DNA of 64,000 bases. Origin: a virus. Below are positions 18,360 through 29,183 of this stretch, piece by piece. Under the pieces are notes generated by a model. The model had not been told where the DNA came from. It did not search any database and saw nothing but the letters and a program-made list of their open reading frames with translations. The stretch covers positions 64,001-128,000 of IMG/VR virus record IMGVR_UViG_3300020123_000589; one strand, 5' to 3'. The position numbers and the translations under genes are program-made. Every line of letters starts with the position of its first letter. Position 1 is the stretch's first letter.

Positions 18360-18920
18360 ATGAGTGATAATAGTAAACTTCCTTTCAGTGAGGCCAGTGG
18401 TCGCAAGACTTTACATGGCACCTATAAAGTATCCTTCCTAATAGATATTGATTCGGAAGATGGTATTCTTGCTTCTGATTTTGGTTTGTTCGTTACTCAA
18501 GGTTTTGGGGAAAATCTTGTAAACAAAGTTGCTTCTCTTGACGTAGAAAAAATTTATAAAACAGCTAAAGTAGAATTAAAACCTGGAGATCTAGTTTATT
18601 TAAATCGTGACATGGATATTAAAGCATCGGTAGTTAAAGATAATAATGGTATTTATTGTGTAGGATCTTTTGGACAGCCTATTTGTGAAGAGTACAATTT
18701 ACCATTGCAACGAGGTTTGATAGCCCAAGTTAATAAAGTTACTGAAGGGCAAGCTGAATTAATAGGATTTGATAATTTAATTGAAGCTTCTTTTATAGAT
18801 CCTGAAACAGATGAACCATTTTGGGAGAATGTTCGTATTGATAGAATTGCTGTTGATCTTGATGCCGTTGAAAAAATAGACAATACATCAAAGTCCGTGG
18901 ATATTGTGGAGGAAATCTAA
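18360..18920 (+). CDS. hypothetical protein
   Basis: 186-aa ORF with AGGAG RBS. Confidence 0.6.
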   Translation: MSDNSKLPFSEASGRKTLHGTYKVSFLIDIDSEDGILASDFGLFVTQGFGENLVNKVASLDVEKIYKTAKVELKPGDLVYLNRDMDIKASVVKDNNGIYCVGSFGQPICEEYNLPLQRGLIAQVNKVTEGQAELIGFDNLIEASFIDPETDEPFWENVRIDRIAVDLDAVEKIDNTSKSVDIVEEI

Positions 18921-20263
18921 TGCCTTTAAATACTCCAGTTGCTCCTACAATTTCTTCAATTAATTCTTCTGGCTTTACTGTTACTAAAAATGTTGATGGT
19001 AATCCTGGAGGTACTTATTATTTATGGATGGTATCTTTTGATACATCAACTTTTTACTGTGATGGATCAGGAGGACTATCAAGCACCCCAATTTTTATTA
19101 TTGGCAGTTCACAAACAGTTTCGAGTCTTCCTCCAAATACAGTTGCTTCTGTTGCATTAGAAGCAGCATTAGATGCTATGGGTAATGGACATACTGCTTT
19201 TGGACCCGCAGCCTCTGCTACTACGTCTGCTACTTCACCCATTAATCAGCCTTACCAAGCTATTTTTTCTACTACAGTTACGTCTTTTTGGCTTCCTAAT
19301 GGCAATCCAAGTGGAACATTATTTGATGTACAACTTTCTCCAGATCCTAGCTTTACAACTGGATTAATTGATTCGGGTTGGATCACAGCACAAACATATG
19401 AATTCATTAATCTGCTACCAAGCACTATTTATTATGGTCAAGTAAAAGCTAGAAATGCGGTGCTTGTAGAAACTCCCTTTGTTTCTTTGGGTCCAGTTAC
19501 TACGTTAGCAGGTCCAGCCAATGTTCGAGCACTACAAGTAACAAATTTATTAGACAACAGAGGATTTTTGTTGCAATGGGCACCAAATATTGAAAATAAT
19601 ATTATTGCTTACAAAATTTATCGCAGCAATTCTCCAACAGATGTTAGTTCTTTTGCTCTTATTAATAGTACTGCCGCAAATGTTACTTCTTATATTGATA
19701 ATGTACCATTTACTTTTGGTATAGTTTATTATTACATTGTTACTGCATTGGATAATGGTGGAAATGAGAGTAGTTTAGATACGGCAAATCCAACGCAAGA
19801 TATGAGTTTTCATTCATTTGAAGAGCAACCATTTCCCACTGTTATTTTAGCTGGAGATGTTATTAATAATGAAACTCCAAGTGGTTCGATTAATGGAATA
19901 AGTACAACCATTACTTCAGTTACAGATTCCACACATTTAGTTGTTGGGTCTACGGCGGGTTGGACGGCTGGATATGCAGCCGATTCCACTACAAATATAG
20001 GTTTTAATGTCGTTTCAATAACTGATTCCACACATTTAGTAGTTTCTTCTACAGTTGGATTGCATGGTGGAGATACGATTGTTCGTGGAAATGCATTATT
20101 TACAACAGCGTATCCGTATAAAAATCAAACGCTCTCAGTTTTCGTTGGTGGATCTAAGAAAACACTTTCTTCAGATTATGTGCTGAATTTGCCACAACAA
20201 TTCACATTTGTAGTGCCGCCTCTTACTGGATCTGTGCTTCGTATCGAATACGTAAGATATTAA
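18920..20263 (+). CDS. fibronectin type III domain virion protein
   Basis: NLLPSTIYYGQVKARN and LQW...YKIYRS...YYYIVTALDNGGNES FN3 signatures. Confidence 0.75.
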   Translation: MPLNTPVAPTISSINSSGFTVTKNVDGNPGGTYYLWMVSFDTSTFYCDGSGGLSSTPIFIIGSSQTVSSLPPNTVASVALEAALDAMGNGHTAFGPAASATTSATSPINQPYQAIFSTTVTSFWLPNGNPSGTLFDVQLSPDPSFTTGLIDSGWITAQTYEFINLLPSTIYYGQVKARNAVLVETPFVSLGPVTTLAGPANVRALQVTNLLDNRGFLLQWAPNIENNIIAYKIYRSNSPTDVSSFALINSTAANVTSYIDNVPFTFGIVYYYIVTALDNGGNESSLDTANPTQDMSFHSFEEQPFPTVILAGDVINNETPSGSINGISTTITSVTDSTHLVVGSTAGWTAGYAADSTTNIGFNVVSITDSTHLVVSSTVGLHGGDTIVRGNALFTTAYPYKNQTLSVFVGGSKKTLSSDYVLNLPQQFTFVVPPLTGSVLRIEYVRY

Positions 20264-20316
20264 TTGAAATAAGAAAGAAAGATACTATAGAATTTTATAC
20301 TGAGAGATAAGAGGAT

Positions 20317-20895
20317 ATGTCAACTGTAATTACAGGAATTACGAATAACACAAATACAGATTTTAGGTTATTGGTTCCTGGTTACAATACCAGTAGACCT
20401 GATATTCTACTTAATGCGTTAACTACGTATAATCTTTTTGAATTTTTAACACCAGATGAAATATGGGCCATGCAGGTAGCTCTTGAACCTTTAGTTAGAG
20501 ATGGAACTTTATCTATTACAGCTACAAGCATATTTCCTTTTACCCCCGTTACAAGTTTACGAGCAGACAATAATAATGAAATAGTTGGAAAAATTCAACT
20601 AATTTCAGGTTCGAATGTTACTTTGACTCAGCTAGGTGCTGCCATTGCCATAAATGTTCCAGGCGGTGGTTTATCTCCATCAAATTTTGTAATTGGTGAT
20701 GATCTTACTAGTCAAATTGGGACAAATATTTTCACGTTAACATATGTTCCACTTCTAGGAACTACATCAATCTATGTAAACGGTCTTAGACAAAGAGTTG
20801 GACTTAGTAATGATTACACGATTTCAGGAAGAATTGTCACAATGACGTATACACCCAATATTGGTGATTCAATATTGGCTGATTATTTAATGTAA
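20317..20895 (+). CDS. virion structural protein
   Basis: N-terminus paralogous to 8713; C-terminal IYVNGLRQ...DYTI domain. Confidence 0.6.
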   Translation: MSTVITGITNNTNTDFRLLVPGYNTSRPDILLNALTTYNLFEFLTPDEIWAMQVALEPLVRDGTLSITATSIFPFTPVTSLRADNNNEIVGKIQLISGSNVTLTQLGAAIAINVPGGGLSPSNFVIGDDLTSQIGTNIFTLTYVPLLGTTSIYVNGLRQRVGLSNDYTISGRIVTMTYTPNIGDSILADYLM

Positions 20896-20960
20896 AAGAT
20901 TTGATTTAACAGAATTGGATTAGGAAAGCCAATTTTATAAATTTAAGGAGACATAAAATT

Positions 20961-22640
20961 ATGTCAGTTACACAAATTCGTGGTGATACACAATTACAAA
21001 ACGATACACTTACTTCTGATCAAATTGGAAGTAGAACAACGGACCTTACACTTTATCCTTTTGCCGATACTACAACGGCTGTTAAGATAACTAAGGCGGA
21101 TAAATCAACTCCGATTATTACTGTTGATACAACTAACAATAAGTTATTGTTGACAAATGGCGGAATTACAGCAGTTTTTCAAGCCAATAGTTCATTTGGT
21201 GGTATTGATGTTGATGATGGCACTGGAGCTGGCGGAGAAATAGATGGTATCCAAGCAGGAGGATATTTAGTTTTGGGCAGCGAACCAGGAGCCCCAACCG
21301 CTCTTTATTTAAATCCTACTGAAGCTCATATTGTGACTGGGGATGGAACCACCCGTTTAAAATTAGATGGTACAACGGTAGATGCAAGAACACAAAGAAT
21401 TATTAATGTTGTAGATCCAACATCCGCTCAAGACGCTGCTACAAAGAATTACGTTGATAGTATTTCTGCGGGACTCGATCCAAAAGCCTCTAGTCGAGTT
21501 GGTACACTTGTCAACGTTCCTGGATATACAACTTCGCCAGATAATGGTGAATTAACTATTCCAAATGCAAATGCCACATATTTTCCTAATGCAGGAGCTG
21601 CTGTTGTTATTGATGGTGTGACATTAAATACAGGAGATCGTGTTCTCGTTAAAAATCAGACCGACCCTAAACAAAATGGTATTTATAGTGTTGCAGATCC
21701 TGGTGTTCAAGGAACAACAGATGCTGTCCTTAATCGTTCCACCGACATGGACGGAACACCTGCTAATGAAGTTTCTGGCGGTAATTTTACATTTGTTGAA
21801 GCTGGAACACAAGCTGGAACAGGTTGGGTCGTTGTCTGGGACGGTACAATTACATTAAATACTGATCCAGTTAATTGGACACAATTCAGCAGTTCTACAT
21901 CAGTTGTTTATTTAGCTGGTGCAGGTATGACACAAACTGGAACCAGTACGGTTACATTTGATGTTGTATCTTCAAATACTGGTATTACTGTAAATGCTAA
22001 TGATATTGCTTTAACGCTCAATACTGTAAGCGGTTTAGAAATTTCTACAGGTTTACGAATCAAAACTGATACTACAACTGCAAATACCATTGGTACAACA
22101 ATTACTTCCAATGGTGCGGGTATGAAGTTTGATGCAAATTCATTTGCAGACAGTGGATCTGAGACATTAGCTCTTGCTTCTGGTGTCGCTGGGGATGGTT
22201 TAGCTCTTACGTCTGGCGTACTATCAGTTAATGTTTCTTCTACTGGTGGTCTTCAGATTGTAACTGATAATTTATCAATCAAACCAGATACAACTACTGC
22301 TAATACGATTGCTATTACTACCACTTCTAATGGGGCTGGTATTTTGTATAGTAGCACAAACTTCTCAGAAAGTTCTGAAACACTTCAGTTAAAAACTGCT
22401 GGTGTATTGTATGCTAATACAAACATTGTAACCAGAGAAGTTCCTACAGGAGCTATCAATGGTTCAAATACATCCTATACTCTTGCTACTACTTATGTCA
22501 ATGGAGCAGAACAAGTATATTTGAATGGTCTGCTACAAAATGCTGGAGGCAATGACTATACTGGAAATGGTACAACGATTGTATTTACATCAGCACCTCA
22601 AACTGGAAGTGTAATCTTAGTAACATATTGGAAAGCATAA
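20961..22640 (+). CDS. fibre/decoration protein
   Basis: DPTSAQDAATKNYVD, IDGVTLNTGDRVLVKNQT...NGIY, AGxGL repeats, C-terminal VYLNGLLQ domain. Confidence 0.75.
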   Translation: MSVTQIRGDTQLQNDTLTSDQIGSRTTDLTLYPFADTTTAVKITKADKSTPIITVDTTNNKLLLTNGGITAVFQANSSFGGIDVDDGTGAGGEIDGIQAGGYLVLGSEPGAPTALYLNPTEAHIVTGDGTTRLKLDGTTVDARTQRIINVVDPTSAQDAATKNYVDSISAGLDPKASSRVGTLVNVPGYTTSPDNGELTIPNANATYFPNAGAAVVIDGVTLNTGDRVLVKNQTDPKQNGIYSVADPGVQGTTDAVLNRSTDMDGTPANEVSGGNFTFVEAGTQAGTGWVVVWDGTITLNTDPVNWTQFSSSTSVVYLAGAGMTQTGTSTVTFDVVSSNTGITVNANDIALTLNTVSGLEISTGLRIKTDTTTANTIGTTITSNGAGMKFDANSFADSGSETLALASGVAGDGLALTSGVLSVNVSSTGGLQIVTDNLSIKPDTTTANTIAITTTSNGAGILYSSTNFSESSETLQLKTAGVLYANTNIVTREVPTGAINGSNTSYTLATTYVNGAEQVYLNGLLQNAGGNDYTGNGTTIVFTSAPQTGSVILVTYWKA

Positions 22641-22652
22641 TTAAATAAAATT

Positions 22653-22688
22653 ACCACATGGGAGATCTAAAAAATTTCCCATGTTGGT
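22653..22688 (+). terminator. terminator-like hairpin
   Basis: ACCACATGGGAGAT...ATTTCCCATGTTGGT inverted repeat. Confidence 0.55.
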
Positions 22689-22756
22689 AGTTGTTTTTAC
22701 AGATAAGGTATGGTATAGTATTAACGGAGTACAATAACTATAGGAGAGAAAAGACC

Positions 22757-23005
22757 ATGAATGAAAACGATAATGTACAAGACGCTCAAGTAGTAGAAAA
22801 GCCAATGGTTCATAAAGATACCGTTGCTTTGGAAGCTCTTAAAACTAATGTTACAAATTCTCGTGATAGTTTCAAAAAGCAACTTTCTGACGTTAAAGAT
22901 GCAATTGAAACTCGTGAAGAAGAGATTAATATTTTGACTATCAAAAAACATAAACTTTCAGGGGCTATTGAAGCTTCAGATTTATATTTAAAGCCGTCTA
23001 AGTAA
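22757..23005 (+). CDS. small coiled-coil protein with own promoter and terminator
   Basis: TTGTTT-17-TATAGT at 22691-22719, AGGAG RBS, hairpin at 23030-23065. Confidence 0.6.
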   Translation: MNENDNVQDAQVVEKPMVHKDTVALEALKTNVTNSRDSFKKQLSDVKDAIETREEEINILTIKKHKLSGAIEASDLYLKPSK

Positions 23006-23029
23006 ATTAGTTTTTATATTTGTAGTCTT

Positions 23030-23065
23030 GAAATCTTTCATTGCTTAAAAGCAATGAGAGGTTTC
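23030..23065 (+). terminator. intrinsic terminator
   Basis: GAAATCTTTCATTGCT-TAAA-AGCAATGAGAGGTTTC followed by a T-rich tract. Confidence 0.65.
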
Positions 23066-23092
23066 TATTTGTATTTTGATTTTGGAGAAGGT

Positions 23093-24841
23093 ATGGCAAA
23101 AACTGAAATTAATGACACCCAAATATTTCCAGGAAGTAGTAATCAAATTTTAGGTGTAAATAATGCTGGAACTTCAGATGAATACAAAACTCTCTCGGGT
23201 ACTTCTAATGAAATTACTGTAACTCATGGAGTTGGGAGTATTACGCTTTCTACCCCCCAGGCAATAGCAACAACCAGTTCTCCTTCTTTTCAACAAATTA
23301 CTTTAGGTTCTACCTCATTAGGTGGAGTGGTATTTAATGACACGGAAGCTACTTCAAAAACTGTTACGTTAGAAGCTCCAACTACCATTACAAGTTCGTA
23401 TGTTCTTAAACTACCTACTTCTCAAAGTAGTGGCACACAGATTTTAACAAACGATGGATCTGGTAATTTAAGTTGGTCTACGAGTTCTGGTTCTGGAACC
23501 GTGAATAGCGGTACTGCTGGAAGATTTTCTTTATATTCTACATCAACAAATGCAGTTTCTGATACGTATGTTCAGAATACACATAATATTACGTTAGCCA
23601 TTGCTTCTCAAGGAAGCCGTTCAGCAGATTTAGCCATAACTATTCCAAATCCTGGAAATGCTGTTACGACAGCTAATATTTTATCTGATACGGATACAAA
23701 TTCTTATACTTTATCTGGGACCTACACGTTGTCAAATGCCCTTACAATTACTCCAACAACTAACCAATTAATACTAGGTACTACACGAACAGCCACTATT
23801 TCAGCTGTTCAACCTGCGACGGCATCTCGTACTTATACTTTTCCAGATTTATCTGGAAATTATAATGTGGTAGGAGATAGCGGAACTCAAACTATTGGAG
23901 GAACCAAGACTTTCAGTTCTGCTTTGACCATTAATCCTACTACGAATCAATTAGTGTTGGGTGGGTCTAGTGGCAATTCAAATACAATTTCTTCTACAGC
24001 TCCTGCTACAACCAGTAGAACGTGGACTATACCAGATATATCTGGAAATGCTACATTTTCTGCATTAGAAGGCACACAGACATTCAGTGGCAGTAAAACT
24101 TTTAGTTCTACCCTTACAATGTCTGGTGCTACTATTGCGATGGGGTCCAATAAAATTACTGGACTTGCAGCTGCATCTGCTTCAGGAGATGCTTTATCGT
24201 GGGGTAATGCTTTTACAATTCCCGCTATTACAGTTAGTACGACCGCAGCTGCTGAAACTGCAATACATTTTCAAGACAATGGGACAAATACTTTTGAATA
24301 TTATTCACAAAGAGCTGGAGGTACTACAGACCATTTAAGGGTGTTTGGATATCTTAATAATAAAATTCTTCTCGATATAGTAAACACAGCAACAACGTCT
24401 CAAGTGGCTATTACTGGAACTAATACAAATGATAGTGCTGCCTCTGGGAATGTTGGAGAATATATTTCTGCCACAGTTCTTCGTGCCGCTGCAATTACTA
24501 CTACTAATTCCACAGCATTCCAATCCCTAACAAGCATTTCTTTGACGGCAGGAGATTGGGATGTGACTGGTGTGGCTGCTGAGTTTGGTGGAACAGCTAC
24601 GACAGGATTTGATTTAGAAGTATATGTTGGAACAAGTGCAACGGCAGCTGATGGTGCCTATGCAGTTAATATTGGAGAAACTACATCTACTTCTAATGGT
24701 AATGGAGACAGTGGTACGTGTATTCCCAATGTTCGGATTTCTTTATCAACAACAACCACAGTTTACATTATGGTGGTAACACAATTTACTACTGGAACGG
24801 GAAAAGTCTATGGACGTATTTCTGCACGGAGGATAAGATAA
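23093..24841 (+). CDS. fibre protein
   Basis: Thr/Ser-rich; ILTNDGSGNLSW, SRTYTFPD and QTIGGTKTF repeats; C-terminal SLTAGDWDV domain. Confidence 0.7.
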   Translation: MAKTEINDTQIFPGSSNQILGVNNAGTSDEYKTLSGTSNEITVTHGVGSITLSTPQAIATTSSPSFQQITLGSTSLGGVVFNDTEATSKTVTLEAPTTITSSYVLKLPTSQSSGTQILTNDGSGNLSWSTSSGSGTVNSGTAGRFSLYSTSTNAVSDTYVQNTHNITLAIASQGSRSADLAITIPNPGNAVTTANILSDTDTNSYTLSGTYTLSNALTITPTTNQLILGTTRTATISAVQPATASRTYTFPDLSGNYNVVGDSGTQTIGGTKTFSSALTINPTTNQLVLGGSSGNSNTISSTAPATTSRTWTIPDISGNATFSALEGTQTFSGSKTFSSTLTMSGATIAMGSNKITGLAAASASGDALSWGNAFTIPAITVSTTAAAETAIHFQDNGTNTFEYYSQRAGGTTDHLRVFGYLNNKILLDIVNTATTSQVAITGTNTNDSAASGNVGEYISATVLRAAAITTTNSTAFQSLTSISLTAGDWDVTGVAAEFGGTATTGFDLEVYVGTSATAADGAYAVNIGETTSTSNGNGDSGTCIPNVRISLSTTTTVYIMVVTQFTTGTGKVYGRISARRIR

Positions 24842-24990
24842 TGCCAATACTTTATACTTCAGATGGTTGTATGTACGAAGGAATGGATTCAACTACTGTG
24901 ATAGCATTGCGTACTGAGCTAGGGCATTCTACTACCTTTGTAGATAAAGCTACATTTGATGCTTTCATAGCTGCAAATTCTGGTAGATAA
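24841..24990 (+). CDS. 49-aa protein coupled to fibre gene (possible chaperone)
   Basis: TAATG overlap; MPILYTSDG...FIAANSGR. Confidence 0.45.
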   Translation: MPILYTSDGCMYEGMDSTTVIALRTELGHSTTFVDKATFDAFIAANSGR

Positions 24991-25053
24991 AAGAAACATT
25001 GCTGTATAAGTTTTCCAGACAAATTAAAAATATTAAACCGAGGTAAAAAAGTA

Positions 25054-25653
25054 ATGGGCCACATAATGGAAATTTTGCCAGATGTCACCAATAACGGGCC
25101 GACAAATTTTGAGTATTATTTTACCTCAATTCGTGATCGTTTAAAATGGTTGGCCGCAGCTGGGCATGAACGGGTATTGCTCTTGAAACGAAGATATGAT
25201 GGCCAGCTTTGTCCATTTACTTCAACTATTCGCCACTCAAGTCAACAGCATGTGCAGGATACTATTTGTTATGGAACAAATTTTATTAATCCAAATGTTG
25301 TTTTAACAAACACTCCAGGTTTTAATCCAGATAGTGCTACTTCAATCGCCCTTCCAGATGGTTTAGGGGGTTACTATCATTCAATAGAAATAACAGCTTC
25401 ATTAATGGCGGGTGGATATAATAACATTAACGATAAAGATCCAGGTTGGAAGAGGGAATATACTCCAAAATCGTGGACTTTGTGGGAACCCACATTAGAA
25501 AAAGGTGATGTTATTGTTCGTAGAAATGGGCAACGATTTATGATTACGCAGGTGGATCAGTGCCGTTGGAGGCATTTTGTTACACACCAAAAATTTGATA
25601 TTACTTTACTCGAAACAAATCATCCAGTTTATCAGCTTCCTTTAGGACTTTAA
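25054..25653 (+). CDS. head closure/stopper-like neck protein
   Basis: CYGTNF...GGYY...WTLWEPTLEKGDVIV...RFMI; position before tail genes. Confidence 0.6.
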   Translation: MGHIMEILPDVTNNGPTNFEYYFTSIRDRLKWLAAAGHERVLLLKRRYDGQLCPFTSTIRHSSQQHVQDTICYGTNFINPNVVLTNTPGFNPDSATSIALPDGLGGYYHSIEITASLMAGGYNNINDKDPGWKREYTPKSWTLWEPTLEKGDVIVRRNGQRFMITQVDQCRWRHFVTHQKFDITLLETNHPVYQLPLGL

Positions 25654-25654
25654 C

Positions 25655-26653
25655 ATGGGTTATACACCAGATTATACAGTACGATCACAGATTGTCACGA
25701 AGATTCGTGATCAATTTATAAATAATATTCGTCGAATTCTTTCGACAGATTCAAAATATACATACGTTGAACTTCCTAATGGAGAGTATGACTTTTCTCA
25801 AACGAAGGTTATCATTTCAGATATTTTTCCCCAGGATCATGCTTTTTATCCGGCCATTGTGGTTGAGAATATTAGTGGGGCTGAAGAACGTTATTTAGGT
25901 CCAGAATCAGAACAGATAATTAAAAGTTTGCCTCCTTCAGCAGAAGATAATACAACATCCACCCCTTTTAATGTTACAGCCGTAATAGATTCTACTCATT
26001 TAGGTGTAAATTCCCTTACAGGTCTTAACATTGGGGATGTTATTACTCAAGGATCTAATACTACGACGATTGCTTTTGTTGGTTTACCAATTACTATCAC
26101 AAGTATTCCAGATTCAACTCATATAGCTGTTTCATCAGTAGCAGGAATTAAGATTGGTGATACAATTGTACAGGGAGTGAATAGCACTACTGTTGTTGTC
26201 GATTCACTGCCATTAGGTCCTAATGTTTTGCAGGTATCTAGTTCGGCTGGTTTTGTAGCCGGAATTGCATATGATACAAATGTTCCTAAGATTACAGTTG
26301 GAAGTACAGCAGGATGGGCAGTGACAACGACCAATTTAGCTGGTAATGAATCACTTTTTGCTAGTGTGGTTTCCACTGTAACAATCAATATTTATACAAT
26401 CGATGACTCTATCCAGAGGGATGAGCTTACGGATTTGATATATAATGATTTTAAATATACAACCACAGATTTAGCTAATTTTGGCATCGAAATCATAAAG
26501 ACTTCTTTTCCAACTTTTACATCTGCATACAATGAAGGTCGTTGGTTTTTTGCAGGTAAACTTATTATCGATGTATATAGTGAATGGGACGGAGTAGTTG
26601 CCCCAGCCGTGAACATAACAGCCAATAATGTTTCAATAAGTTTAAGTGAATAA
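25655..26653 (+). CDS. tail completion/terminator-like protein with inserted beta module
   Basis: FYPAIVV...TINIY...RDELTD pattern; position before sheath. Confidence 0.55.
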   Translation: MGYTPDYTVRSQIVTKIRDQFINNIRRILSTDSKYTYVELPNGEYDFSQTKVIISDIFPQDHAFYPAIVVENISGAEERYLGPESEQIIKSLPPSAEDNTTSTPFNVTAVIDSTHLGVNSLTGLNIGDVITQGSNTTTIAFVGLPITITSIPDSTHIAVSSVAGIKIGDTIVQGVNSTTVVVDSLPLGPNVLQVSSSAGFVAGIAYDTNVPKITVGSTAGWAVTTTNLAGNESLFASVVSTVTINIYTIDDSIQRDELTDLIYNDFKYTTTDLANFGIEIIKTSFPTFTSAYNEGRWFFAGKLIIDVYSEWDGVVAPAVNITANNVSISLSE

Positions 26654-26807
26654 AACCCCCTTAAAAATATAATAAAATCAGGTATTATTAGGGAGTAGTG
26701 TATTCTCTTTTAAAATAAACTATTTTAAATACTTAATTCGGTATGAAACTGGTGGTAGAACTAGAAGGCTACCACCAGTGGAATACCACCTTCTAGGAGT
26801 TAAAGTT

Positions 26808-27422
26808 ATGAACAAGAATCGTTTTGGTATTTTAGCCAAACCCGCTATTTACAAGATTGTAAACACCTTTAATGGGTTGCTTTATATCGGTTCATCTTTG
26901 AATGCTTTAAAAAGATGGAATAATCATTTGTATGCACTTAGGCACAATAAGCACGATTCATCTCTTTTGCAAAATGCATGGAATAAATATGGTGAAGAAG
27001 CCTTTATTTGTGAAGTCCTTGAATATGTAGAAAAACCAACGAAAAAGAATATGGTTGCAAAAGAACAACATTGGTTAGATTTTTACCAGAGCTATGAAAG
27101 AGCCAAGGGATACAACGCTTGTCGAAAGGCTGACAGCCCAATTGGTGTAGAAAGAACCCCAGAGCATCGAAAGAAAATTAGTGACACCCTAAAACGTAAG
27201 TATAGAACTGGAGAAATACAGGTAAATTTTAAGGGGCATCACCATACAAATAAAACCAAAAGAATATCTGGTAATAAAATTAGATTGTGGTGGGGACAGC
27301 CAGAGAATAGAGAAAAAATGAAAAAGATTTTTGCCTGTCCTGAAACTAGGAAGAAGAAGTTAAAAGCAGTTGCTAAAGCTAGAAAAGTTCAAAAAGATTT
27401 AAGAAATAAACGTAAGCAATAA
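26808..27422 (+). CDS. free-standing GIY-YIG endonuclease
   Basis: AIYKIVN...LYIGSS...RWNNH...KEQHW...GYN; basic NUMOD-like tail; start placed after AGGAG. Confidence 0.88.
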   Translation: MNKNRFGILAKPAIYKIVNTFNGLLYIGSSLNALKRWNNHLYALRHNKHDSSLLQNAWNKYGEEAFICEVLEYVEKPTKKNMVAKEQHWLDFYQSYERAKGYNACRKADSPIGVERTPEHRKKISDTLKRKYRTGEIQVNFKGHHHTNKTKRISGNKIRLWWGQPENREKMKKIFACPETRKKKLKAVAKARKVQKDLRNKRKQ

Positions 27423-27443
27423 ATTTTTTAGAGGAGATCCAAA

Positions 27444-29141
27444 ATGCCTTCAATTAATAATCAGCCAACTCTTCCTGGTGTGTATTCGCAAGTGCAGCAA
27501 CAGCTACTCCCCTCAGTAACGGGCGGTATCCGTGTTGCAGCATTTATTGGAACAGGCCGTCTAACAAATTTAGTTACGGGCGAAGCCGTAACTCGCGGTT
27601 CTGGTAATAATGATGCTCTCGCCCACACTGCAACAATTCTTGATGGAACTACCATTACTGATCAGAATTTCGCTGTGTACGAATCAGGTGCGGATTATAA
27701 TTCATCTCCTGTTTCAGGTGGAATAGGTTGGCTTACTGGTGCTGCTCAAATCACAGGGACAACTTCCGCTCCTTATGCAGACCAAGCCACAAAAACTTTC
27801 TCGTTTAAAGTTGGAAATACTACACCTACCGTCGTAACATTCACAACTCCAGCTATTACTCTTACTGAAGTTGTAACTCAAATTAATACCGCTTATGGTG
27901 ACACAATAGCTTCTGCAAATGGTTCTAGCCTAGAACTTAGCACAGGAACATTAACTGTTCCAGTGTTATTTAATACATCAATCACAATCGAAAATGGAAC
28001 AGCAGCATCTGCTCTAGGATTTACTCCTGGATCATTGGTTTCTGCTCCTTCTCGTCCAGCTCTTGGAGTTGTTTATTTTGTCAATTACGAGTGGGCCAAA
28101 GCAGTAGGCGATGGTCAAAACTCTTTTGAACCACAGTTTTTCTTTTTACAAAACTTCAGCACGATCACCAATGCTATGGGATCTGTTGGTGGTGGAGATT
28201 CTCAAACTGCTAATATGAACGGCGCGTGGACTCTTCCTGTTGCTGCTCAGCTTGCTCAGCAAAATGGAGCCAGCATTATTTGTTTGATGCAGATGAATCC
28301 TGTTGATGGTGCTAATGCTTCTCAAGTTCGTTCAGCACTTACAAAACTTTTTATTCCTAATATTAACATTGTAGTTTCATTAGATGCAGCAGATAATGCG
28401 ATGTTAATTCCTGATATTACGAATCATGTGGAAGAGGCATCTAGCACAATTAATCGATTAGAGAGAACAGCATTTATTGGATTCTCAGCACTTTCAAATC
28501 CAAGTGATGCTACTATGCTTGGATATGCAACGGCTGCTTCTAGCAATCGCGTTGTTGTCGTCAACCAAACAAATACCACATATACGATGTTTGTTGGTAC
28601 TAATACACTTCCATCCACCGTTGATGGTACGATGATGGCTGCTGCTCTTGCTGCTTTAAGAACAAATCCAGCCTTTGATGTTGCCCAGCCACTTACTCGT
28701 GAAATAGTTTCTGGTATTGCCACTACGAATACGTTAGCACAATCAGAAAAGACTATCTTTGCAAATCAAGGTGTATTGGTTGTTGATAATATTTCAGGGT
28801 CAGCCAAGGTTGTATTTGGAACGACAACCGAGTTTGCCGATATTCTTGATCAGCTTTATCAGGTTGTTGAGATTAGTGATTATTGTGCTCAAACTATTCG
28901 CGGATTGTTAGATCCTATTTTCATCGGACAAAAATTGCTTGCAAATACACCTTCACAGGTTGAGACAGTTACTTCAGCAATTCTATCGGATATTGAATCC
29001 AGTAATATTATTGAGTCATTTACACAACCAACGGCTACAGTAAATCCATTGCAACCTACGCAGATCCTAGTTAATGTTGGAGTACAGCCTGTACTCGAAC
29101 TCGATACTATTTTCATTACGTTAGGTTTGAATTTGGCATAA
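27444..29141 (+). CDS. tail sheath protein
   Basis: N-terminal PGVYS...AAFIG; C-terminal FIGQK...PVLELDTIFITL; 565 aa. Confidence 0.85.
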   Translation: MPSINNQPTLPGVYSQVQQQLLPSVTGGIRVAAFIGTGRLTNLVTGEAVTRGSGNNDALAHTATILDGTTITDQNFAVYESGADYNSSPVSGGIGWLTGAAQITGTTSAPYADQATKTFSFKVGNTTPTVVTFTTPAITLTEVVTQINTAYGDTIASANGSSLELSTGTLTVPVLFNTSITIENGTAASALGFTPGSLVSAPSRPALGVVYFVNYEWAKAVGDGQNSFEPQFFFLQNFSTITNAMGSVGGGDSQTANMNGAWTLPVAAQLAQQNGASIICLMQMNPVDGANASQVRSALTKLFIPNINIVVSLDAADNAMLIPDITNHVEEASSTINRLERTAFIGFSALSNPSDATMLGYATAASSNRVVVVNQTNTTYTMFVGTNTLPSTVDGTMMAAALAALRTNPAFDVAQPLTREIVSGIATTNTLAQSEKTIFANQGVLVVDNISGSAKVVFGTTTEFADILDQLYQVVEISDYCAQTIRGLLDPIFIGQKLLANTPSQVETVTSAILSDIESSNIIESFTQPTATVNPLQPTQILVNVGVQPVLELDTIFITLGLNLA

Positions 29142-29183
29142 TAGTAGCAAAAATTTTAAAAGGTACTTTTAAGGAGAACCACC

